From Thermodesulfobacteriota bacterium (lineage in GTDB: Bacteria; Desulfobacterota_D; UBA1144; Nemesobacterales; Mycalebacteriaceae): a stretch of DNA of 64,000 nt. A program made the position numbers and the translations under genes. The notes beneath the pieces are model-generated. The model was not told the DNA's origin. It saw only the letters and a program-made list of their open reading frames with translations, and did not search any database. Positions 11,001 to 18,435 of the stretch are shown one piece after another. The stretch covers positions 448,001 through 512,000 of the forward strand of contig OZ245366.1 in assembly GCA_965226585.1 (NCBI GenBank), given 5' to 3'. How positions within the stretch are numbered: the first letter of the stretch is position 1; each line of letters begins with the position of its first letter.

Positions 11001-14000
11001 CCCGTCCCGTCCGCTGACCCACACCCAATCCTTGCCGCTGTCATCAGCCGCCCCGTATGTCCACACATCGTTTCCGCCTGAAAGACCCACCGATACGAAA
11101 TCGAAATTCAGGTATTTCGCGAAATCGCCGCTTCCGAGGTCGGCGTTTGCGAAAGAGGAATCCGCCGCGTTGAAAACCCCGTCATCGCCCGCGTCCGTTA
11201 TAAGCTCTTCAAGAAAGTCCGTTCCCTCTCCCGCATTTACGGAGGTGAATTGTGAATCGCCGTCCGTAATTTCCCACGCATCGTTCTCAGCGGACAGGTT
11301 GGCGAATTCAAAGTTTGTGTAGGATTCCGCATTGCGCGAGCCCACACCGAACTCAATCACATCCGTTCCGGCTCCCCCGTCTATAAGTTCAAGAAGCGCG
11401 TCTCCGTTTGTGAAAGTCCACACATTGTTTCCCGCAGACAGGTTGGCGAATTCAAAGTTTGTGTAGGTTTGCCCCGCCCCGCCGATGTTTGCCGCGCTGT
11501 GGTTTCCGTCACCGAACACAATCGCGTCATTTCCGCCGCGTCCGTCTATGGACAGGTTCGCGTCTTCATCTGAAACCGTCCACGAGTCGTTTCCTTCTCC
11601 CAGAGCCGCCACTTCAAAGTTTCTGTATAACTTGTCCGCGCCAATCTCTTCGGCGCTGTGGTTTCCGTTTCCAAATATGATGGTGTCGTTCGCGCCCCGC
11701 GCGTTTATCCACTGCCAGTCTCTGCTCCCGTCCGAGTCGTTTGCCGTAACAACCCACACATCTTCAAAGTCTGAAAGCCCCGCCGCCGTCATCTCAAAAC
11801 CGGCGTAGTTTGAGTAGATTCCGTCTCCGAGGCTGGAAGAGGAAAAATCAGAATCGTTCGCGCTCAGAACATTGTCCGCGTCCGAGTCCGTTATTGTCGC
11901 CTCAAGGGTGTCTGCTCCGCCGCCCGCGTCTATAAACGTCAGGCTCTCGTCCGCCTCCGTTGCCGCCCACGAGTCGTCCATTTCCGAAAGCGTTACGGAT
12001 TCAAATCCCCTGTAAATTGAGCCGATGTCCGCCGAACTGTGATTTCCCTCGCCGAAAGCGAGCGTGTCTTCGCCTTCCATAGCCTCAATCGCGAAAAGGC
12101 TTCCCTCCTCTTCCGTAACCGTCCAAGTGTTGTTTTCGTCAGAAAGGAACACGTATTCAAAGTTTCTGTATTTTTTAACCGTATTCTCGCCCGCCCCGAT
12201 GTCCACCGCGCTGTGGTTTCCGTTACCGAAAAACAGTGTGTCGGCTCCCCCGAGCGCGTCTATGTATCCCACCGCGCTGTCATTGGCGGCGGTGTCAGAG
12301 GCGTTCCAGCTGTCGCCGCCTTGTGAAAGCTCCGCCTGCTCAAAGTTTCTGTAAAGTTTGTCCGCCCCGATGTTTGCCGCGCTGTGGTCGCCGCGCCCGA
12401 GTTCAAGCGTGTCTCCCGCGTCTCCGTCTCCAAGGGCGTCTATGTATTCAAGTTCTGAATCGTTGTCACCCGCCGTCCATCTGTCGTCATTCATGTCGCC
12501 AAGGATTGCGATTTCAAAGTTGGCGTATCCCGCAAGCGCGTCGCCGCTGTGGTTTCCGCCGCCGAACACGATGGAGTCGCTGCCGCCCGCCGCGTCTATC
12601 ACAAGGTTTATGTCTCCGTCCGTAACCGTCCACATATTGTCCGAGTCCGAGAGAAGGGCGATTTCAAAGTTTCTGTAAAACCCGTCATCCCCGATGCCCG
12701 AAGAGTTTGTTTTCGCGGTTCCGAGGCTTATGGTGTCCACCCCGCCGCGCCCGCTTATCCACTCCCAGCCCTTTCCGCTGTCGGCAGTCGAGTCGTATGT
12801 CCAGAAGTCATTTTCCTGTGTCAGCCCCACAGACACAGTTTCAAAGTTGATGTATTTCGCGAAGTTCCCCGCGCCGAGGCTGGAGGTGGAAAAAGTGGAG
12901 TCCGCCGCATTGAAAACCCCGTCATCGCCCGCGTCTGTGATGAACGCTTCCAGAGCGTCCATGCTTCCGCCGCCCGCGTTTATTGTTGTGAACTGGCTGT
13001 CTGAGTCCGTAACAATCCACGAGTCATTGCCTGAGGAAAGGTTGGCGAATTCAAACTCTCTGTAAATTGCTCCGCTGTGGCTTCCCCCACCGAACTCAAC
13101 CGTGTCCGTGCCTCCCATTCCGTTCACAATTTCAAGCCCCGCGCCTTCTCCCGCCACCGTCCAGACGTTGTCGCCGTCTGAGAGGTTTGCCACTTCAAAG
13201 TTTGTGTATTTCGCTCCGCCACCGACAGACGCCGAGTTGTGGTTTCCGTCTCCAAGCAGAAGAATGTCTGTTCCGCCGAGCGCGTCCACCCGTTCAAAAT
13301 GGTCGTCGCTTGATGTGATGTTCCAGATGTTATCGCCCTCTGAAAGGGAAAGCCGCTCGAAGTTGATGTAGTTCCCGCCGTCCATTTCGTGTATGCCGGA
13401 CGAGTTTGCTCTGTCTCCTATCCTGACGGTGTCGTTTCCGCCCCTTCCGTTCACCCACCGCCAGCTTGAGGCGAAGTCGTTTTCTGAATAGACCCAGGTG
13501 TCGTCTCCCTGCGTCAGCCCGACCGCCGCCGCCTCAAAGTTTGAGTAGCGGGCGTATCTGCCGTTTGCGAACTCCGCGTTTCCGATGTTTTCCGCTGAAA
13601 TTTCAGAATCTGTGGCGTTGAAAAAACCGTCGCTGTCAACGTCTCTTATCAACTCTTCCAGAATGTCCGCCGAGCCTTCTCCGCCGTTCACCAAATCAAG
13701 GGCGCGGTCGTTGTCGCCGATGCTCCAGATGTCGTTTCCGGCGGTGAGGTGCACGGCTTCAAAGTTTCTGAACGCGCCTCCGCCGTGTATCAGCCCCGAG
13801 TTGAAACTTGCCCCGTCCACCACATCTGTCGGCATGAAGATGATTGAATCGTCGCCGGTGCCGAAGTCTGCGTAGTGAATCTGGTCAAAAATATCAAGCG
13901 TGGAAGCGTTAATTATGAGGTTGTCGTTTGTTCTGCCCTGAATCAGATTTGCTTCAAGGGGAAAGTCTTCCGCATTAACCGTTACATCAACCGCGTTTGC

Positions 14001-14063
14001 GGAATGAAAACAGGTGATGACCGTTAATGCCAATACAAGCAGAACAGAGAGTTTTTTTGGCAA
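5061..14063 (-). CDS. Giant (3000 aa) acidic repeat-rich autotransporter / surface adhesin
   Basis: N-terminal Sec signal (MPKKLSVLLVLALTVITCFHSANA); about 42 Y-x-N-F-E repeats; passenger-type FESLAKNGAGALTI; C-terminal ~270 aa of amphipathic beta-strands ending in Phe (AAQFHIRF). Confidence 0.8.
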   Translation of the reverse strand: MPKKLSVLLVLALTVITCFHSANAVDVTVNAEDFPLEANLIQGRTNDNLIINASTLDIFDQIHYADFGTGDDSIIFMPTDVVDGASFNSGLIHGGGAFRNFEAVHLTAGNDIWSIGDNDRALDLVNGGEGSADILEELIRDVDSDGFFNATDSEISAENIGNAEFANGRYARYSNFEAAAVGLTQGDDTWVYSENDFASSWRWVNGRGGNDTVRIGDRANSSGIHEMDGGNYINFERLSLSEGDNIWNITSSDDHFERVDALGGTDILLLGDGNHNSASVGGGAKYTNFEVANLSDGDNVWTVAGEGAGLEIVNGMGGTDTVEFGGGSHSGAIYREFEFANLSSGNDSWIVTDSDSQFTTINAGGGSMDALEAFITDAGDDGVFNAADSTFSTSSLGAGNFAKYINFETVSVGLTQENDFWTYDSTADSGKGWEWISGRGGVDTISLGTAKTNSSGIGDDGFYRNFEIALLSDSDNMWTVTDGDINLVIDAAGGSDSIVFGGGNHSGDALAGYANFEIAILGDMNDDRWTAGDNDSELEYIDALGDGDAGDTLELGRGDHSAANIGADKLYRNFEQAELSQGGDSWNASDTAANDSAVGYIDALGGADTLFFGNGNHSAVDIGAGENTVKKYRNFEYVFLSDENNTWTVTEEEGSLFAIEAMEGEDTLAFGEGNHSSADIGSIYRGFESVTLSEMDDSWAATEADESLTFIDAGGGADTLEATITDSDADNVLSANDSDFSSSSLGDGIYSNYAGFEMTAAGLSDFEDVWVVTANDSDGSRDWQWINARGANDTIIFGNGNHSAEEIGADKLYRNFEVAALGEGNDSWTVSDEDANLSIDGRGGNDAIVFGDGNHSAANIGGAGQTYTNFEFANLSAGNNVWTFTNGDALLELIDGGAGTDVIEFGVGSRNAESYTNFEFANLSAENDAWEITDGDSQFTSVNAGEGTDFLEELITDAGDDGVFNAADSSFANADLGSGDFAKYLNFDFVSVGLSGGNDVWTYGAADDSGKDWVWVSGRDGVDTLALGDLKTNSSGIGGDGFYRNFEVATLSDGDTEWTVEASDVNIVIDGMNGTDTLAFGEGNHDGRLLAGYLNFESATLGNMSDDRWAVAANDTDLEFIDALGGNDVVVFGTGHHNGSVYRNFERAVLSDGSDSWAVTDSDMSFERIDALEGFDVLENSVADSQGDGVFNGADSEFAVSDLRESGFENYFGFEGVALGLTGGNESWTVSANDTDGSKDWQWVSGREGTDTLVYGDGNHSAAEVGAGEFYRNFELAELSENNNLWTVTGGDSGITVNAMGGDDTIFFGDGTHHGNTLAGYVNFEYGILSNESNLWVAGENDGDLEYIDALGGGDIVQLTEGNRSAATIGEDKLYRNFEAVALSFGNDSWIVTEGDGNLQYIDALDGEDSITFGDGNHSGNDLTGVYRNFERAELSENDNVWTADDNDTELLFIDALNGTDTVILGGGEQSAVNFGDEAVYRNFETAFLSSGNDIWTIGNEDANLSSINASDGDEDTLENPLVDTQADGFFNAADSELNFSDIGSGDFTNYVAFEQVATTLSGGNDVWTVTADDTGARDWVWINASGGDDTLDVGNIFTNSSQIGQNGLYRNFETANLSAGVDVWTVTGGDANILINGTGGNDTLAFGNGEHSGSVLAGYLNFNVATLSDEDDRWISGSNDTDLDYINAMGGADTVRLGDGDHSAADIGGNKLYRGFERVELSDENNRWVPEGDEIFEYIDGLDGIDGVFVGENVTNSSEFGADAKYRNFEVASLTDSNNSWIASDNDLTLDGIEALGGIDTLVLGDGNHSAADINVRERYRNFENVNLSDSDNIWTLSDNDRDLEIVDALGGVDTASLGDGHHSAARIGADEVYRNFELVTLSSLNGSWGVTEDDSALTSIDGLGGSDTLEIAVETDTDGDGVFSINDSALSNATLSGAEFDKYLNFEQVAAGLTGANDTWVASAADEEGDLQWVSGRNGIDTIVIADILPVNQAADSSDIGEREFYRDFEVVQLSNADTEWRVTGGDSNLFIDGLGGNDTLKFGEGEQDGNALSGYLNFERATLSVSDDRWLLGANDSDLTSIDALDGMDTLAFDIRDEGGQAVGGNHSAAQIGSDGLYRNFEVVVLSTANDSWAIGKNDGDVTSINGRGGVDSLNFSGEGNYSAANVGREKLYINFEVATLTENNDTWEFTEGEGGLLTIEAGDGEEDTIAFGQGNHGGSDIGEDKLYRNFEVATLSDEDDSWSVAAGDGNLVRIDAMGGDMDVLEDRATDENGDSFFNASDSDFSVTEFTGGSPNASYANYIGFERAAIGLTDNSDTWVFNATADFPMDNDWDWISGRGGRDTIALGEGMHSSENIGANKLYRHFEVATLSDGDDSWDVTEGDVELTSIDALGGNDTANFGSGNHDGAVLIKYRNFSRAVLSNAVGGDGWVLSDNDERVDYIDGLEEIDTLIAYTPANTERVLSGDDVGAEEHYRNFESLAKNGAGALTIEHNADLGANGSVTVADEGTLVFRVEMVTPEDESVPVFTANSGFLTAGSISTTNGYTNGYIAASDFDVVTFSKTEDKKIVVFNGNTASLSNTSFTDPGLFTDISHKVSDCADGEICLAFEEESGVREEINAALESENTRDLVTAVYRSLSGGNIDEQVSGIVNALRVLEPINIVEDEDSGELSTGENNDRDVGTLLPSEHGGISYEIADLQRTFFDSIEERIVEAVTLLPWQKPETPPTYRVFAGGFEKTGSGDLYELGSRGFMVGVHRALTESIGVGAAASAVFAETIRERVTEEAEGFQGALYSTYSLGRLSGSAILSAGIFDYKSSRTYLLIDSQMFGGITGKTGLLSYGGKLSGGLEILKNLPVRIRPGFSLSFLNVSTDSYTEAGGLGLTLEDSDLTFSEAGTKINIAFNPLKTGIRTVVQPEIEAGLTYDFSGEGSNVEASVAGSSHTIHRTDTSGDLRYFAGGKMIMSDNRNLALKLGYRVDFREGMRTYSGAAQFHIRF
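6600..13780 (-). repeat. Intragenic tandem protein repeats (~45-60 aa, consensus YRNFEvAtLSdgdDsWtvtdgDanLtsIdalgGnDTlaFGdGNHSaadiGadkl)
   Basis: Counted by eye in the translation; the DNA motif TCAAAGTTTCTGTA recurs many times on the + strand. Confidence 0.9.
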
Positions 14064-14172
14064 TCTTTATCTTCTCCGGATACTGTCGGGCTTGAGAGCG
14101 GAGCCCCCGCCGCACGCAGACGCAATTCTATACCAACTGCGTGAAGTTTGAAAGCGGACGCGCCGGCCGCCT

Positions 14173-15156
14173 TTACGGTTTCGCGAAACGGAAAACCATT
14201 TTTTCAAGGGCGATGCGGCAGTTCAGGTTGCCGAGTTTTACCCCCGCCGCCATTTCTTCAAGCGCGCGCGCCTTTTCCGTAATCTCATCCTCCCCCGTTT
14301 TCGCGGCAAAATCGCCGGGTATCCAGTCGGGAAACATGGAGTCTTCCCCCGCCTTTGTGTGTATCAAATCCCGAATCAGCAGAGCCGCCGAGTCCGCGAG
14401 TTTTTCCGCCTCAACCCTTTGCGCGGCGGTTCCCTTTGCTTTGCCGAGAATGTTTTCCACGAATTTGAACACTCCCGCCTCTCCCGCTCCGCGCGCGGCG
14501 CACAGGGCTTTCAAGGTCTCAAGGGTTTTGCGGGTTTCCTCCGCGCCGGTTTTTAACGCTTTTCCGGGGCTTCCGTCCGCTATGGTTACGGCGAGGTCAA
14601 TCTCCTCCGGGGAAAGGTCGCCTCTTTCGGTCAGTTTTTCCCGCGCCACCCGTCCGTCAAGTTTCCCGAAGGCGACCGTCCGGCATCTTGAGCGGATGGT
14701 TGGAAGTATCATCGAAGGCAGTTGCGTTATCAGCATAATCACTGAGTAGGGCGGCGGCTCTTCAAGGGTTTTGAGAAATGCGTTTTGCGCGCTTGAGTTC
14801 ATTCTTTCCGCGTCATCAACTATGAAGATTTTGTATTTTGCCTCAAACGGTTTCAGAAATATCCTTGTCTCTATCTCCTCGCGCACGTTGTCAACCGTTA
14901 TGATGCGGCTTTCGGTGTATTCAAATAGAGAAACATCCGGGTGGACGCCGCTTTCAATTCTCGCGCAGACATCGCAGTCGCAAATTCCGTCTGTTTTCAG
15001 GGGGCAGTTCAGTTTTTTCGCAAAAGACAGCGCGGTGAGTTTTTTCCCCGTGCCGCCGGGTCCGCTGAATATGTAGGCGTGAGCCGCCCGCCCGTTTTCC
15101 ACAGCCGCTTTCAGAGCCAGCTTTGCCGTCTTGTGCCCGTCTATTTCTTCAAACAC
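14173..15156 (-). CDS. holB: DNA polymerase III delta' subunit
   Basis: HAYIFSGPGGTGK, Cys cluster, HPD, NAFLKTLEEPP, TIRSRC. Confidence 0.93.
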   Translation of the reverse strand: MFEEIDGHKTAKLALKAAVENGRAAHAYIFSGPGGTGKKLTALSFAKKLNCPLKTDGICDCDVCARIESGVHPDVSLFEYTESRIITVDNVREEIETRIFLKPFEAKYKIFIVDDAERMNSSAQNAFLKTLEEPPPYSVIMLITQLPSMILPTIRSRCRTVAFGKLDGRVAREKLTERGDLSPEEIDLAVTIADGSPGKALKTGAEETRKTLETLKALCAARGAGEAGVFKFVENILGKAKGTAAQRVEAEKLADSAALLIRDLIHTKAGEDSMFPDWIPGDFAAKTGEDEITEKARALEEMAAGVKLGNLNCRIALEKMVFRFAKP

Positions 15157-15159
15157 CTT

Positions 15160-15789
15160 TTAATCTCCGCCGCCGGTTCCGATTTTTTCATCCGCAATCG
15201 CGCCAATTTTTCCGGAAGTCTCCTCAATCTCCCCGCTTGCGTCCACAACCTTTATTCTTGCGGGGTGCTTTTCCGCCTCAGAGAGAAAGCCGTTACGCAG
15301 GCGTTTGTAGAAATCCTCCGCCTCTTTGTCCATTCTGTTCACGGCTTGTCTGCCTTCAAGCCGCCCGGCGCAAACCTCAACCGGCGCATCAAGAAAAAAG
15401 GTCAAATCCGGCTCAACCCCCAGAGCAGACATTCTTGCCGCCCGCTCCACAAATTCAAAGTCAACTCCCCTTCCGCAACCCTGATAGACGATTGTTGAAT
15501 CAAAAAACCTGTCTGATATAACCGTTTTGCCCCCGTCCAGAGCGGGTTTGACAACCTTCCGGACGTGGTGAACTCTGTCGGCGCAGAACAGAAAAACCTC
15601 AGCCAGAGGGTCTGCGCTTTTCATTTCTTCCAGCAGGATAGTGTTTCTTATGCTCTCGCCGATTTTACCGCCGCTGCCGGGTTCGTGAGTCAGCACAACT
15701 TCTTTGCCCGCCGCCTCAATCCGCTCTTTCAGCAGACGCGCATGGGTGGATTTTCCGCATCCGTCAATTCCTTCAAAAGATATAAACAC
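15160..15789 (-). CDS. tmk: Thymidylate kinase
   Basis: FISFEGIDGCGKST P-loop; DRFFDSTIVYQG. Confidence 0.95.
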   Translation of the reverse strand: MFISFEGIDGCGKSTHARLLKERIEAAGKEVVLTHEPGSGGKIGESIRNTILLEEMKSADPLAEVFLFCADRVHHVRKVVKPALDGGKTVISDRFFDSTIVYQGCGRGVDFEFVERAARMSALGVEPDLTFFLDAPVEVCAGRLEGRQAVNRMDKEAEDFYKRLRNGFLSEAEKHPARIKVVDASGEIEETSGKIGAIADEKIGTGGGD

Positions 15790-15929
15790 CGCTTTTCAGA
15801 CCTTACAGGCGGGTGGTTTTCCGCCTCGCGGGTTAATGATACTCAACGCGCCCGCGCTTTAACAGTTCTTGAAAGTCGCGCCGTATTGTGAGAGTATAAG
15901 CAGTCGGGTGAGGGGCTTAACCGCTCCAC

Positions 15930-17195
15930 ATGGAAGGTGTTATGGGGTTTGACTGTTCCGAAAGCGATATTTTTTCACCGGCTCGCCTTGAGCGCGTTGC
16001 CGGTGTCTCAGATTTACCTTCTCCGTCCGCGCCGGACGGGGAGACAAGAAGGATATGCGAAAACGCCGTGGCGGGCTCCGCGCCGTCTCCGGATGAGGCG
16101 GTTTTTCTCGCGGGACTTCCGTCAGACCGTATTGCCGCTCTTTTGAGCGCGGCGTCATTTATCTCCGTCCGTTCTCACGGCTCTGTTCTCACGTACTCAA
16201 AAAATGTTTTTGTTCCGCTCACGCGGCTTTGCAGAAACCACTGCGGATACTGCACCTTCAAGATAGAGCCGGGCGAGGCGGAGCTTCTGATAACGCCCGG
16301 CGAGGTGGATGACATCGCCAGAAAGGGCGCGGAACTCGGATGCACCGAACTGCTTTTTGTTCTCGGAGACAAGCCCGAAGCCGTCTATGAAGAATACAGG
16401 CGGAAACTTGGCGGGCTTGGATGCTCCACCACGGCGGAGTATCTTGCAGGTGTTTGCGAATCCGCCATCGGTCGCGGAATTTTCCCGCACTCAAACCTCG
16501 GTCTTGCCACCTCCGAAGAGCTTTCGCGTTTGAAACACAGCAATCCCAGCATGGGGCTTATGCTTGAAAACATCAGCCCGCGCCTTCTCAAAAAAGGCGA
16601 AGCGCATCACCGGTGCGCAGACAAAGTGCCGAAACTGAGAATGGAAACAATGGAACGCGCCGGAGAGTTGCGAATTCCGTGGACAAGCGGAATTCTTGTC
16701 GGCATCGGCGAAACGGTTGAGGAGAGGGTTGAATCGCTTTTCGCTCTCAAAGATTTGTCTGAGCGGTACGGGCACATACAAGAGATTATAGTTCAGAACT
16801 TCAGCCCGAAAGACGGGATAGCGATGGAGAGTTTTCCCCCGCCGTCTTTTGAGGAGATGCTTAAAACGGTTGCCATAGCGCGGCTTGTGTTCGGCGGAGA
16901 GATGAACCTTCAGATACCGCCCAACCTCAACGGCGCGACCTACTCAAAGTTTATACCCGCCGGAATAAACGACCTTGGCGGCGTTTCTCCTCTCACCATA
17001 GATTATGTAAATCCCGAAGCCCCGTGGCCCCTTCTTGATGAGATGGAGGCGCAGGTGTCTTCTCTCGGTTTTGAGCTTAGAGAGCGGCTTCCGGTTTACC
17101 CGGAATACGTTACGGGCGAGTTTCTTGAGCCGGAAATGCTTGAGATGGTCAGAGCGCGAGTGGGCGCAGACGGGCTTGTGCCGGAGGCAAACTGA
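15930..17195 (+). CDS. cofG: FO synthase subunit CofG (radical SAM)
   Basis: TYSKNVFVPLTRLCRNHCGYC, SMGLMLE, QEIIVQNF, QIPPNL, GINDLGGVSPLTIDYVNPEAPWP. Confidence 0.9.
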   Translation: MEGVMGFDCSESDIFSPARLERVAGVSDLPSPSAPDGETRRICENAVAGSAPSPDEAVFLAGLPSDRIAALLSAASFISVRSHGSVLTYSKNVFVPLTRLCRNHCGYCTFKIEPGEAELLITPGEVDDIARKGAELGCTELLFVLGDKPEAVYEEYRRKLGGLGCSTTAEYLAGVCESAIGRGIFPHSNLGLATSEELSRLKHSNPSMGLMLENISPRLLKKGEAHHRCADKVPKLRMETMERAGELRIPWTSGILVGIGETVEERVESLFALKDLSERYGHIQEIIVQNFSPKDGIAMESFPPPSFEEMLKTVAIARLVFGGEMNLQIPPNLNGATYSKFIPAGINDLGGVSPLTIDYVNPEAPWPLLDEMEAQVSSLGFELRERLPVYPEYVTGEFLEPEMLEMVRARVGADGLVPEAN

Positions 17196-17199
17196 CAGA

Positions 17200-18435
17200 A
17201 TGGACACGATAAACCTGAAAGACCTTATGGATTTGATAAACGACCGGCGGGAGGGCGGTGTTTCCTCATGCCTTTCGCGCATAGACACGCGGCTTGCAGA
17301 CATCATTTCAAAACCGCTTGAAGGCGGAGAGCTTACGGTTGCCGAAGCGGACGCGCTTTTTGCCGCCGGAAAACCGGACGAAATTGCCGCCCTTGCCCTT
17401 GCCGCAGACAGGGTGAGAAAAGAGGATGTGGGAGATGTTGTTACATACGTCATCAACCGGAACATCAATTTCACGAACATCTGCAATGTGTATTGCGGTT
17501 TCTGCAACTTTATGGCGGAAGAGGGAGACGAGAGGGCTTATTTCCTTTCAATGGATGAGATAGCCGACAAAACAAGGGAAGCGTGGGAGATAGGGGCGAC
17601 CGAGGTTTGCATGCAGGGCGGAATGCACCCGAAGATTGACGGCAACTACTATGTGGATTTGATAAAGAACGTTAAAAAAGCCGTCCCGGAAATGCACACG
17701 CATGCGTTTTCGCCCTACGAAGTCTGGTACGGGGCGAACACGCTTGGAATAGAGGAAACCGATTTTATAAAGATGCTTAAAGACGCGGGGCACAACACTT
17801 TCCCCGGCACTGCGGCGGAGGTGCTTGTTGAGGACGTGAGAAAGAAAATCGCGCCGCGCAAGATTCCGACCGAAGTGTGGATACGGGTTGTTGAGAAAAT
17901 CCACAACGCCGGAATGAAAACCACTTCAACGATAATGTACGGACATCTTGACGAGCCGAAACACTGGTCAGTTCACCTTGGAGTTTTGCGCGATATACAG
18001 AAACGCACGGGAGGATTTACGGAGTTTGTGCCTTTGAGGTTTATCCCGTGGGAGACGAGAATTTTCAAGAACTCAAAGGGCAAGGTTCACGAAGGGCCCA
18101 CAGACCTTCATCAGTTGAAGATGTATGCCGTTTCGCGGCTGTTTTTGCGCGGATGGATAGACAACATTCAGGTTTCGTGGGTGAAGCAGGGGCCTGAGTT
18201 CGCGCAGTTTTCTCTTACCGCCGGAGCCAACGATTTCGGGGGAACTCTTATGGAAGAGCAAATTTCGCGTTTTGCGGGAGCAAGTTACGGGCAGTATTTT
18301 CCGCCCGAAGAGTTTCGCCGTCTCACCCGCCGGATAGGGCGTATTCCCGCTGAGAGAAACACGGTTTACGGAATACTCAAACGGTTTGACGGCGAAGGCG
18401 CGGGGGCTTCCGGGGAACAGCAGGATGGCAAGTAG
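17200..18435 (+). CDS. cofH: FO synthase subunit CofH (radical SAM)
   Basis: VTYVINRNINFTNICNVYCGFC, TEVCMQGG, PGTAAE, NIQVSWVK, GANDFGGTLMEE; adjacency to cofG favours CofH over MqnC. Start set at ATG 17200. Confidence 0.88.
   Translation: MDTINLKDLMDLINDRREGGVSSCLSRIDTRLADIISKPLEGGELTVAEADALFAAGKPDEIAALALAADRVRKEDVGDVVTYVINRNINFTNICNVYCGFCNFMAEEGDERAYFLSMDEIADKTREAWEIGATEVCMQGGMHPKIDGNYYVDLIKNVKKAVPEMHTHAFSPYEVWYGANTLGIEETDFIKMLKDAGHNTFPGTAAEVLVEDVRKKIAPRKIPTEVWIRVVEKIHNAGMKTTSTIMYGHLDEPKHWSVHLGVLRDIQKRTGGFTEFVPLRFIPWETRIFKNSKGKVHEGPTDLHQLKMYAVSRLFLRGWIDNIQVSWVKQGPEFAQFSLTAGANDFGGTLMEEQISRFAGASYGQYFPPEEFRRLTRRIGRIPAERNTVYGILKRFDGEGAGASGEQQDGK

Noticed and set aside
6600..13780. RTX toxin or non-coding repeat array
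   Set aside because: The repeats are in frame within one ORF that has a Sec signal and a barrel-like C-terminus; no canonical nonapeptide runs or type I secretion genes are present.
14064..14172. Riboswitch in the GC-rich leader of the autotransporter
   Set aside because: No recognisable aptamer consensus; an Rfam/Infernal scan would be needed.
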